From Promethearchaeota archaeon (lineage in GTDB: Archaea; Asgardarchaeota; Lokiarchaeia; Sigyniarchaeales; SOKP01): a stretch of 64,000 nucleotides of DNA. The position numbers and the translations under genes were made by a program. Below, one piece after another: positions 38,845-47,798 of this stretch. The stretch's first letter is position 1, and every line of letters starts with the position of its first letter. The notes under the pieces were generated by a model. It searched no databases. It saw only the letters and a list, made by a program, of their open reading frames with translations, and had not been told where the DNA came from. The DNA lies in the NCBI GenBank assembly GCA_019058445.1, contig JAHPZA010000004.1, positions 160,001 to 224,000 of the forward strand, in the 5' to 3' direction.

Positions 38845-39276
38845 TTGGTGGGGATAATTCCGAGGTTTAATAAAAAATTAGTGTCAAGAATAAAGGAATT
38901 ACGAGAAAAGCAGAAAATCTCCCAGCAAGAATTGGCAAAATCAGTGGGGGTTTCCCGTCAGACGATTTATTATTTGGAACGGGGTATGTCTAATCCTTCT
39001 TTAACTTTATCTTTAGATATATCTAAAATTCTTAATAAACCAATTGAAGAAATTTTCTACTACGAACCCTTTGTTGTAGAATTCTTAGGAAATAAAACTG
39101 TGGATGAAATGGATGAAATTGCGGACGTTACAGGAGTTAATTTAGAAAAATTATTGAACTTAAGAAAAATTGATGATAACCAATTATCTACCATGTACAC
39201 TGAAGAAGAGTTAAAAAAAATTGCTGAAGCTCTCGGGGTAAAGTTTCATATTCTTTTCATAAAGGATGAAGGGTGA
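38845..39276 (+). CDS. XRE-family HTH transcriptional regulator
   Basis: IKELREKQKISQQELAKSVGVSRQTIYYLERGMSNPSL, with a second degenerate HTH at the C-terminus. Confidence 0.88.
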   Translation: MVGIIPRFNKKLVSRIKELREKQKISQQELAKSVGVSRQTIYYLERGMSNPSLTLSLDISKILNKPIEEIFYYEPFVVEFLGNKTVDEMDEIADVTGVNLEKLLNLRKIDDNQLSTMYTEEELKKIAEALGVKFHILFIKDEG

Positions 39277-39362
39277 AGCAACGCAATACTATAAAAGTAA
39301 AGATAAAAATAAAATAGTAGATGTGTAATAGTTTAAAAAAAAAAGATATTTTGTTTTTGTTA

Positions 39363-39779
39363 TTAACCTAAAACAATACTTGCGATAATTATGGCAACAA
39401 CAAAAGTAATTATAATTATTAGTACGAAGAGTATAATTAAAACGATAATAACAAAAAATAGCGAAGAACCAAATCCTTTATCGTAAATTTTCGAGACTAT
39501 AATGGAGCCAATGATTAAATTAATTACTAATGCGAGAATGTAGGATATGAGTGGATCAAGCTCTGCATAACTAAGTGCCACAGCAACAATAATGAGCACT
39601 ATTAACCACACAAGATTTACAATAAACGCTTTACTCCATGAATCTGCCCAATCTTTTTTATTCGCCAGCCATTTTGTTATAATAATTCCGAGTATAAACG
39701 CAATTACCGCTACTATTATCATGGTTAATATAATGATCAAGACTATATTTCCAATTAATTCTCCAAGCTGAAAAATCAT
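39363..39779 (-). CDS. hypothetical 4-TM membrane protein
   Basis: Highly hydrophobic, with an apparent two-fold internal repeat (WSKAFIVNL / FGSSLFFVI). Confidence 0.65.
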   Translation of the reverse strand: MIFQLGELIGNIVLIIILTMIIVAVIAFILGIIITKWLANKKDWADSWSKAFIVNLVWLIVLIIVAVALSYAELDPLISYILALVINLIIGSIIVSKIYDKGFGSSLFFVIIVLIILFVLIIIITFVVAIIIASIVLG

Positions 39780-39952
39780 TTTTTTATCAACTCAAATTTA
39801 AATTTAAATTAATATAGAATTATGAAATATTAAAATTTTTGTTTCGAAGAGTATTAAAAAGGAGACAATAAATATAGCAAAAGTATTATAAAACCAATTA
39901 CCTATCTTTTATATTTGAAATAGTATCATTTTAACTTTGAGAGTGTAATGAG

Positions 39953-40777
39953 GTGGTTACTAATATGAAAGAAAATTTAGATAAATATTGGGATTATGGG
40001 AAGAAAATAGAGCGTTATTTACGACCTGCTACGTTTCCGATTGCAATTAAATTGATTCGAAATGAAAAAGAAATTCCCTCGAATAGTAGGAGACCAAATA
40101 AAGACTTAAAAATTCAAAATTTTATCTGTCAGAATTTCTCAATGGTTCGCCGGTATGGATGGACGGTCGCCATAACGGAGGAGGATTGTGTATGCAGAGC
40201 GGCAAGAACAGTCTATGGTTGGGATTCTGTTTCTGAAGAAATGGCAGAATGGGGTCATCAATTTAATATTGGGCTTTATGCCAAGGATTTAGAGACTTCA
40301 AAAAAATTGCAAAAACACTTTTATTTATTCAATAATGAGTATAGAGGCCTAGTAATTTCACCACTTACCAGAACTAAGGTTATTCCAGATGTAGTGCAAA
40401 TCTATTGTATGCCTGCTCAAGCAATGCGTTTGACTCAAGCATATCTTTACATGGAAGGTGGCATGCTTGAATTTACCGATGCCGGAAGGATAGGATCGTG
40501 CCATATTGGAGTAATTAAAACTTTTCAAACGAAAAAACCCCAATTAGTAATATTGGGCAATGGAGATAGAGTATGGGGTGGAGCAGAAGATCATGAAGTG
40601 ATGTACTCCATTCCAGAGAGTAAAATAGATGTTGTTATAGAGGGTTTAGAGGCAACTCACAGTGCGGGATTGAGATATCCCATTCCGAAATATATGAATT
40701 ATAAACCTGGATTTCAAGAGGCTTTTAGAAAAAGGGCAAAAAAAAGAGCTGGGGGCACTCTTGTTAAAGAGAAATAA
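39953..40777 (+). CDS. DUF169 family protein
   Basis: FPIAIK, ICQ...RRYG, C..A...YG, PDVVQIYCMPAQAMRL, GSC, GNGDR. Confidence 0.85.
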   Translation: MVTNMKENLDKYWDYGKKIERYLRPATFPIAIKLIRNEKEIPSNSRRPNKDLKIQNFICQNFSMVRRYGWTVAITEEDCVCRAARTVYGWDSVSEEMAEWGHQFNIGLYAKDLETSKKLQKHFYLFNNEYRGLVISPLTRTKVIPDVVQIYCMPAQAMRLTQAYLYMEGGMLEFTDAGRIGSCHIGVIKTFQTKKPQLVILGNGDRVWGGAEDHEVMYSIPESKIDVVIEGLEATHSAGLRYPIPKYMNYKPGFQEAFRKRAKKRAGGTLVKEK

Positions 40778-40879
40778 CTGTTTTTTAATTAAAGTAAAAT
40801 TTTTTTAATTTTACTATTTAAATTCTAAAAAGTTATTTTAAAGGAACTTAATTCAAAAAAGAGATTATATTATTACTAT

Positions 40880-43800
40880 TTAAAAACAGAGTTTTAATGC
40901 CCATAAAATCATATTGCATTCAATAAGAAACTCCTGTCTTAATTCCTCATCTTTTATCCAAGCCTTTATGAAAGGGCAAGAACACCAGTCAAAAAATTCA
41001 TCTCCATACTCGTTAGTAACATTTCCCGTTAACTCAATCTTAATACCGAGCATTACAATATATGCAATTTCATCTAAGTCATTCTGAGCCAGAAATTCAA
41101 CAATATCCAGTTCAAAAAGTATGAATAATTTTTTAAGACGCGCCCAACCCCTCCAATCCTTATAACTTGAGTCAACAACCATTCTTCGCATGATATCTAA
41201 TTCTCGATAAATTAAGTCTTTAACGTCTTCTTCAGCAAGTTCAATTGTCATTTTTGCATTATAATTTATTCCACTTACATTGAGCTTAACTATAAGTGTA
41301 TAATTATTTAATTTGAATACTGTAGGATTAATTGTTCCAAATTCATCATAGGTATAGAGAATGCTGCCATTAATTAGTTGAATGATAACAGAATAATCTG
41401 TACTAACTTCTAAATTAGCAGAAATCATAAAAGAAATATCCACCCCAAGATTTCGATTTAAGCTAAATCCTAAAAATTCAATAGTTATGTTAATTTCAGT
41501 AGTAGTTCCCTGCGCTACTTCAATCGCAAAAGTTTCAATTACACTTAAAGAATCAAAATTTCTGTCATCATCAGCATCAGTGGCCATAACTATTAGGCTG
41601 TAATTTCCAATCTCAGAAGGCATTAGAATAGAAGTATAATATATTCCATTAGCTTCAGTTAAGTTATAAATACTTTCGATAAATATAATTTGAACAGTCT
41701 CAATTCCAGAAAAGTCGCTAACATTTACTCCTACTAGAAAGAAACTGGCATTATTATACACAGGATCATCAACTAATATTTCTTTAATTATAGGCGCCTC
41801 ATTATCATCGTCTATTATCTTAAAAAGATATTCAAGGGTTAAATTTAAGGAATCTTTTTCACGATCATCATCTGCATCCTCAATGATCACCTTGAAAGTA
41901 TAATTTCCGAGTTCATTTGGATTTTTCATTGCAAAATAATATGTATTATTATCAATATATGGTCCGTACATTTCTCCTTGAAATTCTATTGTAATTTTCT
42001 TTATTCCAGAATAATCAGACGCATTGATTTCCACTGGAATAAACACATCATTATCATAGATATACTCTTCATAGAAAATTCCATCTATAACTGGAACATC
42101 AATGTCATCATCCGTAATATTTATCCAAACTACTATTGAAGAATTCAAAGAATCATTAGACCTATCAAAATCGGCATCAGTGGCATTAAAGATAAAAGCA
42201 TATGTTCCTAAGCTACTTGGAACGGAGTACGCCCCGCTCGGATCGATGGAAAGTCCTGAGGTATCCGAAGCGCTCACTATAATTTCTCCGGGATTTCCAT
42301 CCGTTCCATCTCCGGTATATATATAATTAATTTCCGGATGAATAATATCATCATCCGTTATATTTATTACAACTGAAATTGAAGAATTTAAAGCGTCGCC
42401 TGAGCGATCATTATCAGCATCGGTGGCATTAAATATAAAAACATATGTTCCTATATTACTCGGAACAGAGTACACCCCGCTTGGATCAATGAAAAGCCCT
42501 GAGACGTCCGAAGCGCTTACGATAATTTCTCCAGGATTCCCATCAGTTCCTTCTCCAGCATATGTATAACTTATTTCCGGAGGAGTTATATCATCATCAG
42601 TTATGTTTATTATAACAGTAATTGTAGAATTTAATGAGTCTCCAAGCCAATCATTATCAGCATCAGTGGCATTAAACATAAAAACATATGTTCCTATATT
42701 ATTCGGAACAGAGTACACCCCGCTCGGATCAATGGAAAGTCCTGAGATATCTGAAGCGGTCACGATAATTTCTCCAGGATTCCCATCAGTTCCTTCTCCA
42801 GCATATGTATAACTTATTTCCGGAGCTACTGTATCATCATCAGTTATTTCGAAACTAAAAAATACAGTAATATTTAGTTGGTCTCCAATATGATCAAAGT
42901 CTGCATCAATGGCAACAACAGTGATCTCGTAAATCCCAGGAACATTTGGGTTTAAGATTATTATACATTTATCATCATCATCGTCATAATACTTTTGATC
43001 TAGAAACTCAATATATAACTCAGCGATTCCAGAATCATCTTCGACTAAAATCTCAATGTTTATATTTTCAGAGCTATCGTAAATGGGAGCATTTAACACA
43101 TTAATACTTGAGATGATTGGTATGTTCATATCATCATCAATTATAGTTTGTTCATTTTGCAGTTCCGTAGATAAGGAATCAACTATTAGCGTTCGATCAT
43201 CATCATTATCTCTGGCAAAAATGGTCATAGTATATTTTCCAGGATAGGGTGGAAGATTCCAAGTACCATTCTCACTTGGAGGTAAAATATATTCTTTATT
43301 GGGTAAATCTTCATAAGATTCAAAATATACTTTAATGATGATTTCACTCAACCCTGTATCATTATCTCCTCCAATCCCATCGTCAAAATCAGTGATTTGC
43401 CACGAAAAATATCCTGGATTGCTGTCGGTTCCATCTTCACCTGTGTAATTTATTTGAATTATTGGTGGATTAGTGTCATCGTCGACTAAATTTATTTCTC
43501 TAATCAATTCTGTGCATAAAGAATCAACTATTAACGTTCGATCATCGTCATTATCTCTGGCAAAAATGGTTATAGTATATTTTCCAGGATAAGGTGGGAA
43601 ATCCCATGTACCATTCATATTTGAAGGTAAAATATATTCATTATCAGGTAAATCCTCATTAGATTCAAAATATACTTTAATGATGATTTCACTAAACCCC
43701 GTATCATTATCTCCTCCAATTCCATCGTCAAAATCCGTGATTTGCCAGGAAAAACATCCTGGATTTCCATCAGTTCCATCTCCCACATTATTTTTGATAA

Positions 43801-46800
43801 AGTTAGTTGGAGGTGTCGTATCATCATCAGTTATATTAATCCATATTGTTGTAGTGTAGTTTAAAGAATCATCAGGTCTGTCTTGATCGGCGTCAATAGC
43901 AGTAAAAGTAAAATTATGAAGCCCTAAATCGTTTGGGACATTATAAACTCCACTTGGATCTACTAAAAGTCCTGAGGCATCGCTGGCCAGAACTATGATT
44001 TCTCCGGGATTTCCGTCTGTCCCGTCTCCATTCTTATAATTGATTTCAATAATTGGAAGGCTAATATCATCATCCGTTATATTTATTACAATGGAAATTG
44101 AAGAGTTTAAGGAGTCGCCTGACCGATCACTATCAGCATCAGTGGCATTAAAGATAAAAACATACGTTCCTAAACTATTCGGGACGGTATAATTTCCGCT
44201 TGGATCCTCAAATAATCCTGAGATATCTGAGGCAGAAACTATTAGCTCTCCGGGATTCCCATCGGTTCCATCTCCGGTATATATATAACTTATCTCCGGA
44301 GGAGTAATATCATCGTCGGTTATGTTTATTACAACGGTAATTGTAAAATTTAAAGAATCGCCTGACCGATCATTATCAGCGTCACTGGCATTAAGGATAA
44401 AAATATATGTTCCTAAATTATTCGGGACGGTATAATTTCCGCTTGGATCCTCAAATAATCCTGAAGCATCCGAGGCGCTCACGATAATTTCTCCGGGATT
44501 CCCATCGGTTCCATCTCCGGTATATACATAGTTAATTTCCGGAGGTGTAATATCATCGTCGGTTATGTTTATTACAATGGAAATTGAAGAGTTTAAGGAG
44601 TCACCTGACCGATCATTATCAGCATCAGTGGCATTAAAGATAAAAACATACGTTCCTAAGCTATTTGGAACGGAGTACGCCCCGCTCGGATCAAAAGTAA
44701 ATCCTGAGATATCCGAAGCGGTTACGATAATTTCTCCAGGATTCCCATCGGTTCCATCTCCAGTATATATATAACTTATTTCCGGAGGAGTTATATCATC
44801 ATCCGTTACATTTATTACAACGGTAATTGAAGAATTTAAAGAGTCGCCTGACCGATCATCATCAGCATCAGTGGCATTAAAGATAAAAACATATGTTCCT
44901 AAACTATTCGGAATGGTATAAGTTCCGCTTGGATCCTCAAGTAATCCTGAGATATCCGAGGCGCTCACGATAATTTCTCCGGGATTCCCATCAGTTCCAT
45001 CTCCGGTATATACATAACTGATTTTCGGAGGTTTAATATCATCATCGGTTATGTTTATTACAACGGTAATCGTAGAATTTAAAGAGTCATCTGACCGATC
45101 ATTATCAGCATCACTGGCGTTAAAGATAAAAACATATGTTCCTAAACTATTCGGAATGGTATAAGCTCCGCTTGGATCCTCAAGTAACCCAGAAATATCC
45201 GAAGCAGTTATGATAATATTTCCAGAATTCCCATCAGTTCCATCTCCGGTATATACATAATTAATTTCTGGAGGAGTAATATCATCATCCGTTATGTTTA
45301 TTACAACGGTAATCGTAGAATTTAAAGCGTCTCCAGGCCGATCATTATCAGCATCAGTGGCGTTAAAAATAAAAATGTGTGTTCCTAAACTACTCGGGAC
45401 GGAGTAAGGTCCGCTCGGATCGATAGAAAGCCCTGAGAAGTCTGAAGCGCTCACGATAATTTCTCCAGGATTCCCATCTATCCCATCTCCCGTATATATA
45501 TAGTTGATTTCAGGTGGAATAATATCATCATCAACTAAATCTTGTTCTCTTTCAACTTCCGCTGAGAGAGAATCAATGATTAATGTTCTATCATCATCAT
45601 TATCTTTTGTGATAATATTTAGGGTATATTTACCAAGATAAGCGGGTAAATACCACGTTCCATTTTCAATTGGACTTAAATTAAATTCTTCACCTGGTAT
45701 TCCGTCATTTGAAGAATTAAAAGAAACAGTTATGTTTATAATACTGAGGCCTGAATCATAATCACCTCCAACTCCATCGTCAGAATCGATAATTTGCCAA
45801 GAAAAACAACCTGGATTTCCATCAGTTCCATCTCCATTGTTGTAATAAGTGTGAATTGTAGGTTGGGTTGTATCATCATCAGTTATATTAATCCTTACTA
45901 TTAGAGTCGAATTCAAAGAATCATCCGGTCTGTCATCATCTGCGTCAATAGCGATAAAGGTAAAATTATGAAGTCCAATATTATTTGGCACTGTATATAT
46001 TCCACTTGGGTCAAGAATAAGTCCAGAAGAATCTAAAGCAGAAACTAAAAGTTCTCCTGAGTTACCATCAGTATAATCTCCAGTATAAACATAACTTATA
46101 TCTGGTGGAGTATGATCATCATCCAAAATGTCAAAATTTTCAATTTTTGACGCAACGTCATATATAATGTTGTTAAGATAAAAAACCACTTCAGCCTTAA
46201 TTTCCAAATTATTTTCTGCCACATATGTTTCAAGATTTATTGGACCACTCCAATAAAAGGCATAATTATTATCCCATGGATTTAAATCCTCCAATTCGGG
46301 TTCAAATAATTTGCTATATACTTCTACATAATGATCTTCTGTGTCACTATACCATTTTCCACTAGAATTTTCTGACTTTAAATATAATTTCAAACGTTCA
46401 GCGACATACGTCATAGATGGAGTTGATTTAACGGCAATTTCAATATTTAGTGTCAGATTAACCTCATCTTTTCTTAAAAAGGAGATGGTTTTAACATTCA
46501 CAGTATCGTGAATCAATTGAGCTTTTAAACTATTAGTATCTTCTTCGTTTAAAGATCCATTGTATATTCCCCATACAAGGATCGTAAAAATGTGAATATT
46601 ATTTTCGAATAAAGTATCATTCTTAATCTCATCTGCTAATTCTATCTCAGTTACCCCATAAGTTTCTAATATTATATAATGTCGCCATTCTTCATAACCC
46701 CAATCAGAAGCATTTTGTTCATAAACACCTAGCCAAAAGTTTTGATATGGGGTGTAATTATATACTTCACCACTAGTATTGGGATTGTTTGCATTATTAT

Positions 46801-46921
46801 TAGGAGAATTATTTTCTTCGTTATTTCCATCATCACCTGTTACAAATTGTGTTGCAATGCAACCCAAAAAAAGGATGAGAAAGAACGAAAAGACAATATA
46901 TTTAAGATTTTTAGAGTTCAT
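40880..46921 (-). CDS. giant secreted surface protein (2013 aa) with 17 acidic Ig/cadherin-like repeats
   Basis: Signal-like N-terminus; repeats bounded by IT-DDDxxPP and containing ATDADxDR; many N-x-S/T sequons; helical C-terminal cap. Confidence 0.85.
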   Translation of the reverse strand: MNSKNLKYIVFSFFLILFLGCIATQFVTGDDGNNEENNSPNNNANNPNTSGEVYNYTPYQNFWLGVYEQNASDWGYEEWRHYIILETYGVTEIELADEIKNDTLFENNIHIFTILVWGIYNGSLNEEDTNSLKAQLIHDTVNVKTISFLRKDEVNLTLNIEIAVKSTPSMTYVAERLKLYLKSENSSGKWYSDTEDHYVEVYSKLFEPELEDLNPWDNNYAFYWSGPINLETYVAENNLEIKAEVVFYLNNIIYDVASKIENFDILDDDHTPPDISYVYTGDYTDGNSGELLVSALDSSGLILDPSGIYTVPNNIGLHNFTFIAIDADDDRPDDSLNSTLIVRINITDDDTTQPTIHTYYNNGDGTDGNPGCFSWQIIDSDDGVGGDYDSGLSIINITVSFNSSNDGIPGEEFNLSPIENGTWYLPAYLGKYTLNIITKDNDDDRTLIIDSLSAEVEREQDLVDDDIIPPEINYIYTGDGIDGNPGEIIVSASDFSGLSIDPSGPYSVPSSLGTHIFIFNATDADNDRPGDALNSTITVVINITDDDITPPEINYVYTGDGTDGNSGNIIITASDISGLLEDPSGAYTIPNSLGTYVFIFNASDADNDRSDDSLNSTITVVINITDDDIKPPKISYVYTGDGTDGNPGEIIVSASDISGLLEDPSGTYTIPNSLGTYVFIFNATDADDDRSGDSLNSSITVVINVTDDDITPPEISYIYTGDGTDGNPGEIIVTASDISGFTFDPSGAYSVPNSLGTYVFIFNATDADNDRSGDSLNSSISIVINITDDDITPPEINYVYTGDGTDGNPGEIIVSASDASGLFEDPSGNYTVPNNLGTYIFILNASDADNDRSGDSLNFTITVVINITDDDITPPEISYIYTGDGTDGNPGELIVSASDISGLFEDPSGNYTVPNSLGTYVFIFNATDADSDRSGDSLNSSISIVINITDDDISLPIIEINYKNGDGTDGNPGEIIVLASDASGLLVDPSGVYNVPNDLGLHNFTFTAIDADQDRPDDSLNYTTTIWINITDDDTTPPTNFIKNNVGDGTDGNPGCFSWQITDFDDGIGGDNDTGFSEIIIKVYFESNEDLPDNEYILPSNMNGTWDFPPYPGKYTITIFARDNDDDRTLIVDSLCTELIREINLVDDDTNPPIIQINYTGEDGTDSNPGYFSWQITDFDDGIGGDNDTGLSEIIIKVYFESYEDLPNKEYILPPSENGTWNLPPYPGKYTMTIFARDNDDDRTLIVDSLSTELQNEQTIIDDDMNIPIISSINVLNAPIYDSSENINIEILVEDDSGIAELYIEFLDQKYYDDDDDKCIIILNPNVPGIYEITVVAIDADFDHIGDQLNITVFFSFEITDDDTVAPEISYTYAGEGTDGNPGEIIVTASDISGLSIDPSGVYSVPNNIGTYVFMFNATDADNDWLGDSLNSTITVIINITDDDITPPEISYTYAGEGTDGNPGEIIVSASDVSGLFIDPSGVYSVPSNIGTYVFIFNATDADNDRSGDALNSSISVVINITDDDIIHPEINYIYTGDGTDGNPGEIIVSASDTSGLSIDPSGAYSVPSSLGTYAFIFNATDADFDRSNDSLNSSIVVWINITDDDIDVPVIDGIFYEEYIYDNDVFIPVEINASDYSGIKKITIEFQGEMYGPYIDNNTYYFAMKNPNELGNYTFKVIIEDADDDREKDSLNLTLEYLFKIIDDDNEAPIIKEILVDDPVYNNASFFLVGVNVSDFSGIETVQIIFIESIYNLTEANGIYYTSILMPSEIGNYSLIVMATDADDDRNFDSLSVIETFAIEVAQGTTTEINITIEFLGFSLNRNLGVDISFMISANLEVSTDYSVIIQLINGSILYTYDEFGTINPTVFKLNNYTLIVKLNVSGINYNAKMTIELAEEDVKDLIYRELDIMRRMVVDSSYKDWRGWARLKKLFILFELDIVEFLAQNDLDEIAYIVMLGIKIELTGNVTNEYGDEFFDWCSCPFIKAWIKDEELRQEFLIECNMILWALKLCF
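41510..46123 (-). repeat. intragenic tandem repeat array, basic unit 243 bp (81 aa)
   Basis: 11 short units (81-82 aa), 3 long units (~115 aa, with SWQI..DDG.GGD) and 3 divergent ~100-aa units. Short units are highly similar at DNA level. Confidence 0.9.
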
Positions 46922-47045
46922 TAAACCCTCTTAAGATACTAATTTATATTCAGTATACCTTGTAAAAATATGATTGTTTTATATTTAAATTTTGAGGAAA
47001 TTATAGTTTTCAAAATTATCATGAGAATAAAAAGAAATTGACCTA

Positions 47046-47771
47046 CTATCTCTCGAGGGAATTATTATTATCTTTTAAGTCTCTTTTTCTCGATTTAAAA
47101 TACCTATTGTATATTTTATAGTAGTATTGTTCATTTAAGAAATATAAATTCTTATTTTTTGAGACTTTTTTGTACAAAAGACCAAAATCATGCAGCAAAT
47201 CCATATATTTCTTAATTGTATTTGAATGCATTCCCAATACAGTGTTAACCTGGTTTTTTGTACTCCCTTCATTGTTATTTTTAAAATATTCTATAATTTT
47301 ATTACATTTATCTCTTGAAATGATATGAACGAGAAATACATCTTTATCCTTGATGCCTTCCTCGAAATAAGCCTCAAAATTATCAAACTTTTCCTTTCTA
47401 ATAAAATTAAATTTTATTAAGATATTTATATGCCATTCAACTACAGGTATACTTAGTTGTAATTCATTGACAATTTTATTAAAATAAATTCCAGGATCTC
47501 TCTTAATAAGCTCATAAATCTCCTTTCTATTCGAATTATTCAAAACTTCCTCTCGAATTAATTTTGACCTCTCTACGATTAAGTTTTTTTTCACTAAAGA
47601 TTTAAGGATAGCTTTTATACCATCATCATTAATATTAATATTAGATTTAGCAAATCTGGAGCTAATAAAAGGTACAATTTTTTCTGAATTAAAATATCTA
47701 TTCTTATCTAAATACTCTTGGATTACGTTAATGACTAATTTTTCATTTTCTAAATTGATTTCAGCCAACAT
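47046..47771 (-). CDS. multi-winged-helix transcriptional regulator (COG3398-like)
   Basis: NRKEIYELIKRDPGIYFNKIVNELQLSIPVVEWHINILIKFNFI plus flanking WH units. Confidence 0.8.
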   Translation of the reverse strand: MLAEINLENEKLVINVIQEYLDKNRYFNSEKIVPFISSRFAKSNININDDGIKAILKSLVKKNLIVERSKLIREEVLNNSNRKEIYELIKRDPGIYFNKIVNELQLSIPVVEWHINILIKFNFIRKEKFDNFEAYFEEGIKDKDVFLVHIISRDKCNKIIEYFKNNNEGSTKNQVNTVLGMHSNTIKKYMDLLHDFGLLYKKVSKNKNLYFLNEQYYYKIYNRYFKSRKRDLKDNNNSLER

Positions 47772-47798
47772 TGAATAATCTCTATTTAGATAATTATT

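Noticed and set aside
41510-46123. Regularly spaced DNA repeats as a CRISPR array or a DGR template/variable repeat
   Set aside because: The units are 243 bp, in frame within one ORF and have no unique spacers. No cas or reverse transcriptase gene is present, and the differences are not obviously adenine-specific.
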